Positions 1 through 9,500 of a DNA stretch of 64,000 bases are shown here, piece by piece. The DNA comes from Fimicolochytrium jonesii (Eukaryota), in NCBI RefSeq assembly GCF_025526975.1, contig NW_026515697.1, forward strand, positions 186,001 to 250,000. The letters run 5' to 3'. The position numbers and the translations under genes are program-made. Numbering within the stretch: position 1 is the first letter of the stretch; each line of letters begins with the position of its first letter. Under the pieces are notes generated by a model, which was given only the letters and a program-made list of their open reading frames with translations, was not told the DNA's origin and did not search any database.

Positions 1-393
1 GATCGCAGTACTCCTCGCCTAGCGTCCTGCTTCCAGCGGCGGTAGTAAGCCCATGATAAGTCAGGTCAGAAGCGACGTTGAGGGCATTCTGATATTTCAG
101 CAGCGTCCGCGTTCCTGAAGGGTACAGGGAGACCGTTAGAATCACCACACAGATATATACACATAAACATATGTAAGGGCTCGAGCCATACCAAATATAT
201 ATCGAAAAACGCCCGTGGCTTGCTCCTGGACTAGGTTCTGGTAGTAGGTGTCTTTCTGGTTTGCTCGGATGATGTCGGGCTGCGACGCGGCGGGGAAGGT
301 CAGTACCGACGCCGACGCCAACGTCGGTGGTGGTACTGGCGGCGGCGACGGGGAGGTGGAGGAGGGAGCTGTGGTGGTAGTTTCGGCAGCCAT
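1..393 (-). CDS. PEX10: Peroxin-10, 5' part (runs off the window start)
   Basis: ATG at 393. Exon 1 encodes FPAASQPDIIRANQKD; after the GT-AG intron 191-115 the frame gives YHGLTTAAGSRTLGEEYCD. Both are Pex10 signature segments. Confidence 0.9.
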
Positions 394-2590
394 ATGAAGC
401 AGGACGAAACGCTTGAGAGAGTGAGGGTGCTCGGTGCAAAAGAGAGATGCAAAATCTGCAAAAGGGGGTGAAAAGGGCCAGGGGGCAATCGGGAGCAGAA
501 CAGAGCGGAATAGGGCGTGGGACATCTCAGCCTCTCACAGAACCCCATCCCCATCCCTCAGCTTCAAAAACCAACACAACCACGATCCCGCAGACGATGG
601 TTGCTCCAGCAACAGGAGGACTACGCCGAGCACTACGCTACCTCCCGCTGCCTCTGGCGCAAGACGAACTTGGTATGTACGAGGTGTCAGTCCTGGACCA
701 CCCACTGTTTCCGTGCTGACTTTCTGCATCCATCTCCAGTACGACTTTTCGCGTACCGCCTGTTGCGCTCGCGAACAAGGCAATGTGCAATCGTATCTTT
801 GAGGGACTTCGGCTCGACGTATCCTTTTGTCGAGCAATCTGCATTTTTTTTTCTACTCGTCAGAAGTTTCTGGCGCTGAAGGCAGCGTCGGAAGTGAGCT
901 CGGCGAAGTATCATGGCTTTCTGGCCGAGAGATTGTGGAACCTGCGGAAGGAGAGCCGGTGCAGAGGGCAGGGATGGCATTTTGTCCTCGGATCAGGAGA
1001 GAATGAGCCATGGTCTGGTCCGACGCAGTGGAGACTCGCTACATGAGTACATCGATGTCATACTCATTTTCGGCCATTCGGCCGAGCGCCCTGCTTGTGC
1101 GAGGAACGGGGCACAATCTCATCGAAGAGGAGCTGCGATAACGAAGGCGTCACCGTTTTGAATGCCATTTTGGGCTACGACACTTGCGCGCCACTGTCGT
1201 CCGCGAGTGGGTTCGGAGGTCATAAAATAGTGAGGGTTGCTCGGATCTCGCACAATCAACCGACCGGGCGAATGAATCCGTGGGGGGTCCCAGACCACGA
1301 CTAGTCCACTGAGGATGTCCGCTCCTACCATCTCAAACTCACAGATCGCAAGAAGTCGGCACTGGCCTCAATTGCTGCTAGATCGCCAGCAATTGATTGT
1401 ATACCGCTTCGCGTGAGATGGTTCACCCCACCTTTGCCACATGATGATATTTCCGCTAAGGATCATCCTGAAGGATACGACGAGTGCCCGGCATCTGCGC
1501 TGATTTCTTTCGAGATCGGCAATAGATGCGTCTTGCGGGAAGAAAACCCGTGCCACTTTTGAACGCCGTCACATATTTCGCTGAGGAAGCGGTTGTGCAT
1601 AGCGTCAAAACGGCAAGGCGAAACAGCCTGTCAGATGCTGGGCTCGCTCCTCGAAAGCCAACTCAGATGTGGGAATTCGCCAGCCGATCTGAGCATCTGG
1701 CCGTGATTCTAAGATACACCGGGTCTATCTTATCAGTCGTGCTTGTGGTCCCATTTCGACCCCGTTGTGACGCACACTATGGCAATGAGATGTGTTCACG
1801 GCGAAGGCGAGAAAGCGGGCGTTTTGGACATGCGCACGAACTCTCATACTCTACCGATCGTATACCTTGAGAGAACCAAGCCATGTTGCAAATGTCGGAA
1901 TAGCAAGGCGTTTCCGGGCGGTCTGGAAGACTACTATGGCTCGCCCCTGCTGTCGCGACCATTACCGCGTTTACCGGCTGTCTTGATGTCCTCAGCAGCT
2001 TCTGCTGCCCTCCCGTTGCCCGGTGCGACAGATGCGGAAGTATATTTCCTTCCAACAAGGCTCACGGAAGTTGCATTCGCTGTCGACAACCCGGGAGCGG
2101 TCGATTTAGGGGAATGCTGGCCTCTCTGATTCGTACACGAACTAAGGAGGTGCTTGTGGAACCGGTGAAGGCGTTTGTTACCGCAGACCTGCGTGCGTGA
2201 GCCTATTACGTAGTATCCGCTCTGTGGGTGACGGCCCTTACATAGCAAAAAGAGATTTGAGGCCCAGACCCACGTAGCACACATCGTTAGGAATGAGTTC
2301 ATTTCTTGACTTGATACAGTAAAAAGATGCTGACATCCTGGTCTAAGCATCGATACAGTCGTGATGCTCAAGATACTACGCTTTTGTGGTAAAATGTCTG
2401 TACTTCTGCCGGCTTCTATATGCTATATACCATCTCTACATGTCCATTGTCTACATTGTCTTGACCAAGAGCTTGTGAGGGTGTGTCGGGGTCCTTCTGG
2501 GGTTGCACAGAATCGTTCTACTCCCCAGAGCGAGAACGGAAAGCAAACTGTATCCCATCGGACAATTCAACGATTCGGATCTACGCCGGT

Positions 2591-3278
2591 TCAAAGTTGC
2601 TTCTCTAGATACACCAGCCGCCCATCGACGCCAGGCAGCAGCTGCGCGCGATCCGAGGTTTGAGGGAAGTCCATCAGCTTGCCGGTTGACACGAAGCCTT
2701 TGCGTTGGTACCAGGCGATGATACTAAACAGAAGAGAACCCCATATCAGTGCACTCGTTCCCCACGCAGATGTAAACGTGAAGGATGGTACATACTCCTT
2801 CCGCACATGTAACACCGTAATCTCGGCCGTTGTGCACCCCTCTGCCCTCATCCTCCCAAACGCCTCCTCCATCAATAGGTTCCCCACACCCTTTCCCTGC
2901 AACGCATGCCGCACCGCAAACAGTCCGAAGTAGCCGCGGCCATTCCCCCTGAATTCGACGTCGACGCAGGCGAGCGGTTGTGGGGACGAGGCCGGGTGGT
3001 AGACCAGGAGGACGCCTTCGGAGGTCGGGCGGGAGGCTATCAGCGGGATAATTTCAGAGGCGTAGGCTCTGTCGCCCTGCAGGTAGAATTAGGGTGGAAG
3101 GTTACGTGAATATTGGGTGGCACTGGGAATGGAGCGACGTTACCTTTATGAGGTGCTTCTCGGTGGTCCAGCCCCCGTCGCCCCTGTAGGCCTCGTTGAG
3201 GGTTGCGACGATGGCATCGACGTCGTCGAGGGTGGCTGGACGGATATCTGCTCTGGAGGCTTTCACTTCGACAGTCAT
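2591..3278 (-). CDS. GNAT-family N-acetyltransferase (spliced)
   Basis: IRPATLDDVDAI...AYRGDGGWTTE, motif A FAVRHALQGKGVGNLLM, and WYQRKGF; two short GT-AG introns join the ORF-track fragments. Confidence 0.85.
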
Positions 3279-3399
3279 GGTGGAGCTGGGCGGAGTTGAA
3301 GGAGTTCGGAGTCACATTAAACGCGGATACAACAATGCCGTTCAGATAACCACCGTCCAAACCAAACCCATTCACAGTTCAGACCGACGCCAAAACACC

Positions 3400-3495
3400 A
3401 TGTCCGCCCAAGAACCCCTAGTCTTCGTAACCGGCAACGCCAACAAACTGCGCGAAGTGCAAGCAATTCTCTCCCCCACCGGCCTCGCCGTCCAT
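3400..3495 (+). pseudogene. HAM1: 5' fragment of HAM1/ITPA inosine triphosphate pyrophosphatase, cut off at the island's left edge
   Basis: MSAQEPLVFVTGNANKLREVQAIL is the Ham1 N-terminal motif. The frame runs into telomeric repeats and stops at 3555. The downstream motifs (LPELQG, LPGPYIKWF, SHR) were not found elsewhere in the window. Confidence 0.8.
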
Positions 3496-3539
3496 ATGCG
3501 TACGTATTCAACACATGAACGAAGGAAGAGGAGGAAAAG

Positions 3540-3604
3540 TAGGGTTCAGGGCTAGGGTTAGGGTTAGGGTTAGGGTTAGGGTTAGGGTTAGGGTTAGGGT
3601 TAGG
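3540..3604 (+). repeat. Telomeric (TTAGGG)n tract
   Basis: 7 perfect TTAGGG units at 3558-3599 plus degenerate units on both sides. Confidence 0.97.
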
Positions 3605-3771
3605 CGACAACCGCTTCCTGAACCGCGTCTAGTAGGAAAGTACCGCGTACCCTACTGTTTCAGGAAACCAGGGCTGCGCTGTTGTCTACCACGTAAGTAG
3701 TTGAACTCTCATAAATATCAGTTGTCTGTCGACAGAAATATGGTTGAGCGACAGTGATATGACTTCCGAGA

Positions 3772-3808
3772 TAGGGTTAGGGTTAGGGTTAGGGCGAGGT
3801 TTAGGGTT
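3772..3808 (+). repeat. Second telomeric (TTAGGG)n tract
   Basis: tagggttagggttagggttagggcgaggtttagggtt. Confidence 0.9.
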
Positions 3809-3953
3809 GGAAACCCCACGCGTACGTCACGTATGGACAATAATAATATGTTTTCACTGTGATGCCCGTAATGTTGGTAACGGGAGTTTTTGGGCGTTAA
3901 CAATGTTATGGAAATATGACAACGGCGATAACGCCCATTACTGGGGAATACAC

Positions 3954-4365
3954 TATCCTGAAGGCATATTCAGTTCCAACGCTCAGAAAAAACCTTCATA
4001 TTGCAGCTGAAAGGGTTCATACCTCTAGCATTTACACTTCCTACGGTGGCCTATTGAGATCATCCGCTTACAAGCCAGCCTCATCCGCACTATGTCATTC
4101 AAGTTCAAACGGCTACTGTCGGAGCTTCACACCTTTGCATCCTTTTTCACACGCGTGCTGCTTGTTGGCACGATAAATGGACCGGATAATGGAGTAGATT
4201 CACTTCCTTAGGACGATCTGGATTGCGCCGTATGAACTTGGATGGGAACCCGTATGAACTTGATTAGGTAGTTGCATATGAAGTTATAAATCAGCATGTG
4301 AATAAGAAAAAGATGTGCGTGTCAAAATATACTGCTCTATGTGAACTGAAAATGCGTTCAGGATA
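3954..4365. repeat. 23-bp imperfect inverted repeat pair (3954-3976 and 4343-4365)
   Basis: tatcctgaaggcatattcagttc versus the reverse complement tatcctgaacgcattttcagttc, 21/23 identical. Confidence 0.7.
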
Positions 4366-4774
4366 CATATGCCGGAAACGGTACATGGAAAGTAATGTAA
4401 GACCATACGCAGTTGCTGGTGTTATCTGTGTTAACAGCGAGTAGTCACGGTAGCCCCATTTATGGTGGAAAATGTACATAAAAGTAACCCTGCACAATTA
4501 CAGTACGCTCGGTGGGCTTTGAGAAACGTCACCAGTGCCAACAGCTCAGGCAGGTTACTCCGACTGGGACGCGGAGTGCTTTGATCTGCTTTGATCGTCC
4601 GAGCATTTCGAGGCTTTCGACGAGCCCGACGCTCTTGAGCTTTCGCGATTTTCCCACGGACCATCAAAGCGGAACGGACGCCTCTCCCGTTTCGCATAAA
4701 GGAGACCTCTCCTTCTGGAAGAGACTCCCTTGCTGCTCCACTTCTCTGCCCGTTGCGCTGCCTCGTCCTGATCT

Positions 4775-4828
4775 CTCCGCGCAAGGTAACCGGCCTTCCT
4801 CGCGAAGAAACTCAGAGTTAGGGTTAGC
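4775..4828 (+). promoter_or_regulatory. Island-specific ~55-bp motif, copy 1 (circularly permuted)
   Basis: ctccgcgcaaggtaaccggccttcctcgcgaagaaactcagagttagggttagc, about 120 bp upstream of the ATG at 4947. The repeat is seen directly; the regulatory role is inferred. Confidence 0.55.
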
Positions 4829-4946
4829 CGGCGAACTTAGAGCCTTCTGGACCAGCCCTCCGCCGCTTCTATTAGAGGCGGCAACGCCGCCGTGGCCAGC
4901 ATTGTACAGTACTATACTGTACGCCCCGAATCTGAGGTTTCCCGGG

Positions 4947-6287
4947 ATGAGTTCTCCGAAACAGCTACGACCCGTGCGACAGCAGTGTGAAGCAGCACAT
5001 GCTACTGTTTGTGGCATAGAAGCCCAACTCTCGTCGCAAACGGCATTCCAACAGCTCAACCATGATGACCTCGTTCATGCCGCCACCGCCAGTTCAGACA
5101 TGATTGCAGAGGCTGACTCCAATTTGCGGGCAATTACCTATATCTCTGAGCGATTGAAACGAACCCACACCAAGATCAACTCTGGGAAAGTCTGCGGGAT
5201 GGCGTCAAGCAACTTGGCCACGTTGATTGTCGGAACGAACTTTGAACAGAAAGCACCCGCTGCATGCAATGAGGACGGTGCCAGTTGGGAGCCGCTTACC
5301 CTTTTACTGCAAACGCACCACACGGAGGTCCACATGCCTGAGACACTAGAGAAGGGCCAGAAACCACCCAAAGTGAAGAACATTGTTGAGATGCACGCTT
5401 TTGCCTTCTGCAACATCGACGGCCATGGTGGAACTTCAAACATCGTGGTTTCTCCACTCTGGAAGCGGGCCAACACTGGTTTCCTAGAGCCAAACCATTT
5501 TGAGGACTCTTCGGCTTTGCACAACCTCTTCTCACGGGGAGGTGCATGTCGAATCTTTGCAGTATCCGGTCGCCATAGCAAGATCGGTGTCCTACGCTTC
5601 CCCGAAGCAGACAATGCATCTTGGGAAGCATTGCGTCGGGACATGAAAGAACTCCCGGTCCAGCGGGACATCAAAGACACCTCGCACTATTTGATCGGCC
5701 GCCTTGCAGACCTCAAACTCTACACGATGACCGCCACCTGGTATCAAAACAGCAAAGCGTCCATTTACCCGTTGTCAATCACCTTTCTGGACGCTCAAGT
5801 GTATCAACACCTCTCCGAAACTGCCAGGGCACTTGCCTTTACGACGGTCGAGTCGGTCGTGACCAATCTCAATCCAGCGCTTCCACGCACGGTTCCCCAA
5901 TCGCCAACACCGCGTACACATCCCGAACTGGAGACAATGCCATCCGTTGGAAAGGAGGATGGTGTACCATTGACAAAAAAGCGTTCACATCAGCGTAAAC
6001 CTCTTTTCCAAGTAGGCTTCTATGCTGACCTTCTGGATTCGAATGACGCCCAAACATCCGTCACGGCGATCACCCTCTCAATGACGAAACAAACCCTTCC
6101 TTGGGCAAAACCGCCCCCACTTGTCACGGCCCTTGGCGTGTCATTTGAAAGCGCCCTGGATCAACGTTTTCTGGATGAGGTGCACCGAAATAATTCAGAT
6201 GGGTCCGCTAAATACCGAAAATTCACAGTCGAGGGGGGCGTTGACGGCAAGCTTCGCATCTACACCGAGAAGCGTGTGCGGATTTGA
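4947..6287 (+). CDS. Orphan protein ORF-A (446 aa from the first ATG), function unknown
   Basis: Long stop-free frame (open from 4512); the first ATG is at 4947. Its C-terminal 26 aa have a diverged paralog at 19309-19386, which supports coding status. Confidence 0.7.
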   Translation: MSSPKQLRPVRQQCEAAHATVCGIEAQLSSQTAFQQLNHDDLVHAATASSDMIAEADSNLRAITYISERLKRTHTKINSGKVCGMASSNLATLIVGTNFEQKAPAACNEDGASWEPLTLLLQTHHTEVHMPETLEKGQKPPKVKNIVEMHAFAFCNIDGHGGTSNIVVSPLWKRANTGFLEPNHFEDSSALHNLFSRGGACRIFAVSGRHSKIGVLRFPEADNASWEALRRDMKELPVQRDIKDTSHYLIGRLADLKLYTMTATWYQNSKASIYPLSITFLDAQVYQHLSETARALAFTTVESVVTNLNPALPRTVPQSPTPRTHPELETMPSVGKEDGVPLTKKRSHQRKPLFQVGFYADLLDSNDAQTSVTAITLSMTKQTLPWAKPPPLVTALGVSFESALDQRFLDEVHRNNSDGSAKYRKFTVEGGVDGKLRIYTEKRVRI

Positions 6288-6502
6288 TTCGCACGTGTGA
6301 GAGGCTGGCATCCGCGTGTAGATGTATGGGCATGTATGGCATAGTAATTTGTCATTTTTTCATCACAGAATTTTGTGTAAGATAGATGCAATGCCCAAAT
6401 GTATGTGAACATAGTTCAACAGTGATAATAAAAGCGCGTACGCCCTCTTGAGTATACAAGAAAAAAAAAATACGCCGGGAATACGCCGTACTGAAGTCCA
6501 CC

Positions 6503-9500
6503 CTACGGTCTATCGAAGATGGCCGCCGGCGACTCGACATTCTCTGGTGTGATGCCAAGGGCCTTTGCCGCATCCCGCTTTGTTTCCGCAATCGCTCTCC
6601 CCATTGTGAAATTCAGATTACTATGGGGGGCATTCTCATCTCGGTCCGCTTCCTTCCTGCCCTTACTGCACTCAACACGTGAGCATCGAAACTTCCGGCT
6701 CCATCCCAGTCGTCCAGCCATCCGTTCACAATCACAACAAGCTTGTGTACTCCATGCTTCACTTGGGTGCACGACTTGCCCACCTCGAATTGTCTTCCGG
6801 TGCTTCAAAGTGTTCCGAAGACCAGCGTGCTGGAGCGTGGTAAGAATCTGCTTGTTCATCCGGCTCAACTGGCCCACCTTTCGCTTGAGTAGGTTCGGTA
6901 CATCAAATGCCGGGAGGATGACAATGTCAAACCTCTCTAAAAAATTGACCGTATGTAGATGTAGGCGGTCGATCTTGCGCCGAAGACGATCACGAATATC
7001 CTGAATTGCCTTGTCCTCAGATGTGCACGTAGTAGCCCGGAGCTCCTGCTTTCTGACTGGGATCGCCCATTCGAGTTGGTGGATGCGACATTTGAGGTCT
7101 TCACCAATGTCATCATCCTGGGAAGGCGGTGGTGGATTCCCCCAAGCGATGCATTCTTGAGCATGCATGATCCACTGTTTTTTTGCAACAAGAGCCACTT
7201 CAGCCCGTGCGCACTTGATCTCGTCCAGATTCTCCAATTTCTTCCCAATAGCCGCCTCCATTTTCATTATCTTCCGGAGCTTGGGTGTGATGTATGTGGC
7301 AGATGGATGACCGAATTGAAATATATCGCCGTTGGATGCGTACCCAACCATGAACTTCTTGATGCCTGGGTCGATGGAGATCATGGTACTGAGCCCCGGG
7401 ATCGAGCCCCACACTGTCCGTTGCTCAGCCCGCTTTACAAAGATGCTCCACGTCGGTTGTACGTCGTTAAGCTCGGGTGGGTCAAAACTTGGGTCATATT
7501 TCCAGCGGACAAAGTTTCTTTTTTGTTCCATGGCCGCATGTGCCCGTCGATAGACTTCCTTGTATTGCACGCGTTTTTTCGAGGATGGCTTTGGCATTGT
7601 TCTTTGAGGATGTGATTGGTATTGCGATGGAACGGTAGGTTTCGCAGGTGTTGCCGGGGTGATGATTCGAGCCGGGGTGATGATTCGATGCATCGGAAGG
7701 GTGGCTCTCCAGCATCCTTGCTTATTGAGAAACAGACTCAGTTCACCCCACTCGCAGTCGATGTCTGCTCCTCGGAAAGCACCACTCAGCGCACTTGCAT
7801 GCGGGAAGGGTAGCACATATCCGCATCGCTTGAAGGTGATCATATACTCAGGTGACCGGATTTCGTAAATCGTTAACTTGCGCTTGATGGCATTGTCACG
7901 CAAGCTTTCCTTGTGCTTCAGAGTTGCCCGGCCGTCCTCCAGTTCATCGTCCTCATCCTTCCTTTTCTTGATGATGAGATCAATATCTCGACCCTTGACT
8001 ACCATCTTTGTGAACTTCCAGTCACGGAAAGGATAATAAAGAGCTGTGGATGTCCCAGTAAAAAAGTGCTTGCCGTATAATCGACCAATGACATGTTCCG
8101 GATCGGCAAGCTTTTTGGTCGTCGTAATGAACCCACTGACGTGTCCACGGAGGGTGGCCCATGTGCGTGTGGCATCATTTGAACGAATCCTCGTACCGAT
8201 GAAATCTAGTCCACTCCGCTGTGTGGTCATGACCTTGAGCTCATCCACACTCAAAACACATTCCGTCTTTAATTTGTCAAGCAAGCTGACAGAGACCCGC
8301 TCCGCAGCGCATTTTGCCTTTGCGTCGGCAATCCTCTGATCCTTTGCCAAAGCTCGGCTGGGATGTAAAGCCCAGACAACGGACTGTAGCAGAAAAGCAA
8401 TGGCATTGCACATTTCAAAGTATTCCTTCTGTGGATCCGCTTCATCCGCTAGGCCCTCCTTATGCGGTCGGGATCCATGCGTAGATGCTTCTAGAACACG
8501 CTCAAAAAGTTCAGCCGCAATCGCTCCCGCATTGGTCGGGCCGTGGCATGTCCCTTCAGTTATCGTCCTGTGAGTTGGGCTTGGTCGGGACAGAATAAAC
8601 CTCGTTGCTATCTTTTGTTCGTGTGTCATCTGGAATGAAATGCGGTGTGATCGTAGTGCGGTGTTGTTCTGAAGTATCCTCAAAGATAATGAGAGTCTAC
8701 AGGTTGGGGAGCTCGGGTCAGGGTCTGCGTCAGAAGAAGGCTTGGTGGCTAACTCGAGTAACCCGTCTGCGGCTCTCTTCTCATCTACGTCGTGAAGAAC
8801 AACATCCTCATCCGCTAGCGAGACTTCGACACGTGGATGATTCTTCGATGTAGGTTCGACGGCGATGATTGCCTTTCTTTGGGATGCCAGAGTTCTGAAA
8901 CGCTCGCCCTTTCGCTCCAGACGCCCTTTGTCAGTCTCGCGGGTTACATTCTTTGCTTTCTCGAGTTCACTGATGGTTTTTGCGTTTGATATCTTCTTTG
9001 CGTCGTGTTTCACCGTTTCGTCCGTCCAGTGTAGTACATCAACCAACCACGCGAGCAACATTTCACATATGAATGTTTTTTCCATGACCTTACTTGGTGG
9101 GCGAGTAATTGTCCAGAACTCCATGCGTTCAATGTCAGCGTCCGCCTCCGTAATAATGAGGTAGGCCGGGCAATTTGTCAGATCTTCAATGTCCATCTCG
9201 CTGAAGGATCGTACCTGCAGCCATCCGTGCTGCTCCAACATGGTTTGACACTGTGGATCACGGTGTGCGACCAACAGCGACATGTGAAGTACGGTGTTGA
9301 ACCCCCCCTGATTTCCCCCACTGCATTTCTTTGTCAGTGTACGCATCCGCTCCCCAAGAAACATGAGCCGATCGGCATCGTCTACCCCATCTTCTTGATC
9401 CCATCGCAGTAGTGCATCAAGAACCATTCGTTGGTTCGCTTCCGGTCGTCCAAATGCCCGCACTATATCCTCTATGGTGGTCTCCGTTGACATCACGTAG

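Noticed and set aside
597..2371. Short ORFs between PEX10 and the GNAT gene, including a spliceable ATG at 597
   Set aside because: No recognisable domain and no consistent multi-exon model; a small gene is possible but unsupported.
3317..3903. ORFs with NPNPNP, VRVRVR or LTLTLT runs
   Set aside because: These are translations of telomeric hexamers, not proteins.
4512..4946. N-terminal 145 aa of the 591-aa ORF
   Set aside because: It starts at GTG and spans the non-coding 55-bp motif and palindrome; the first ATG is at 4947.
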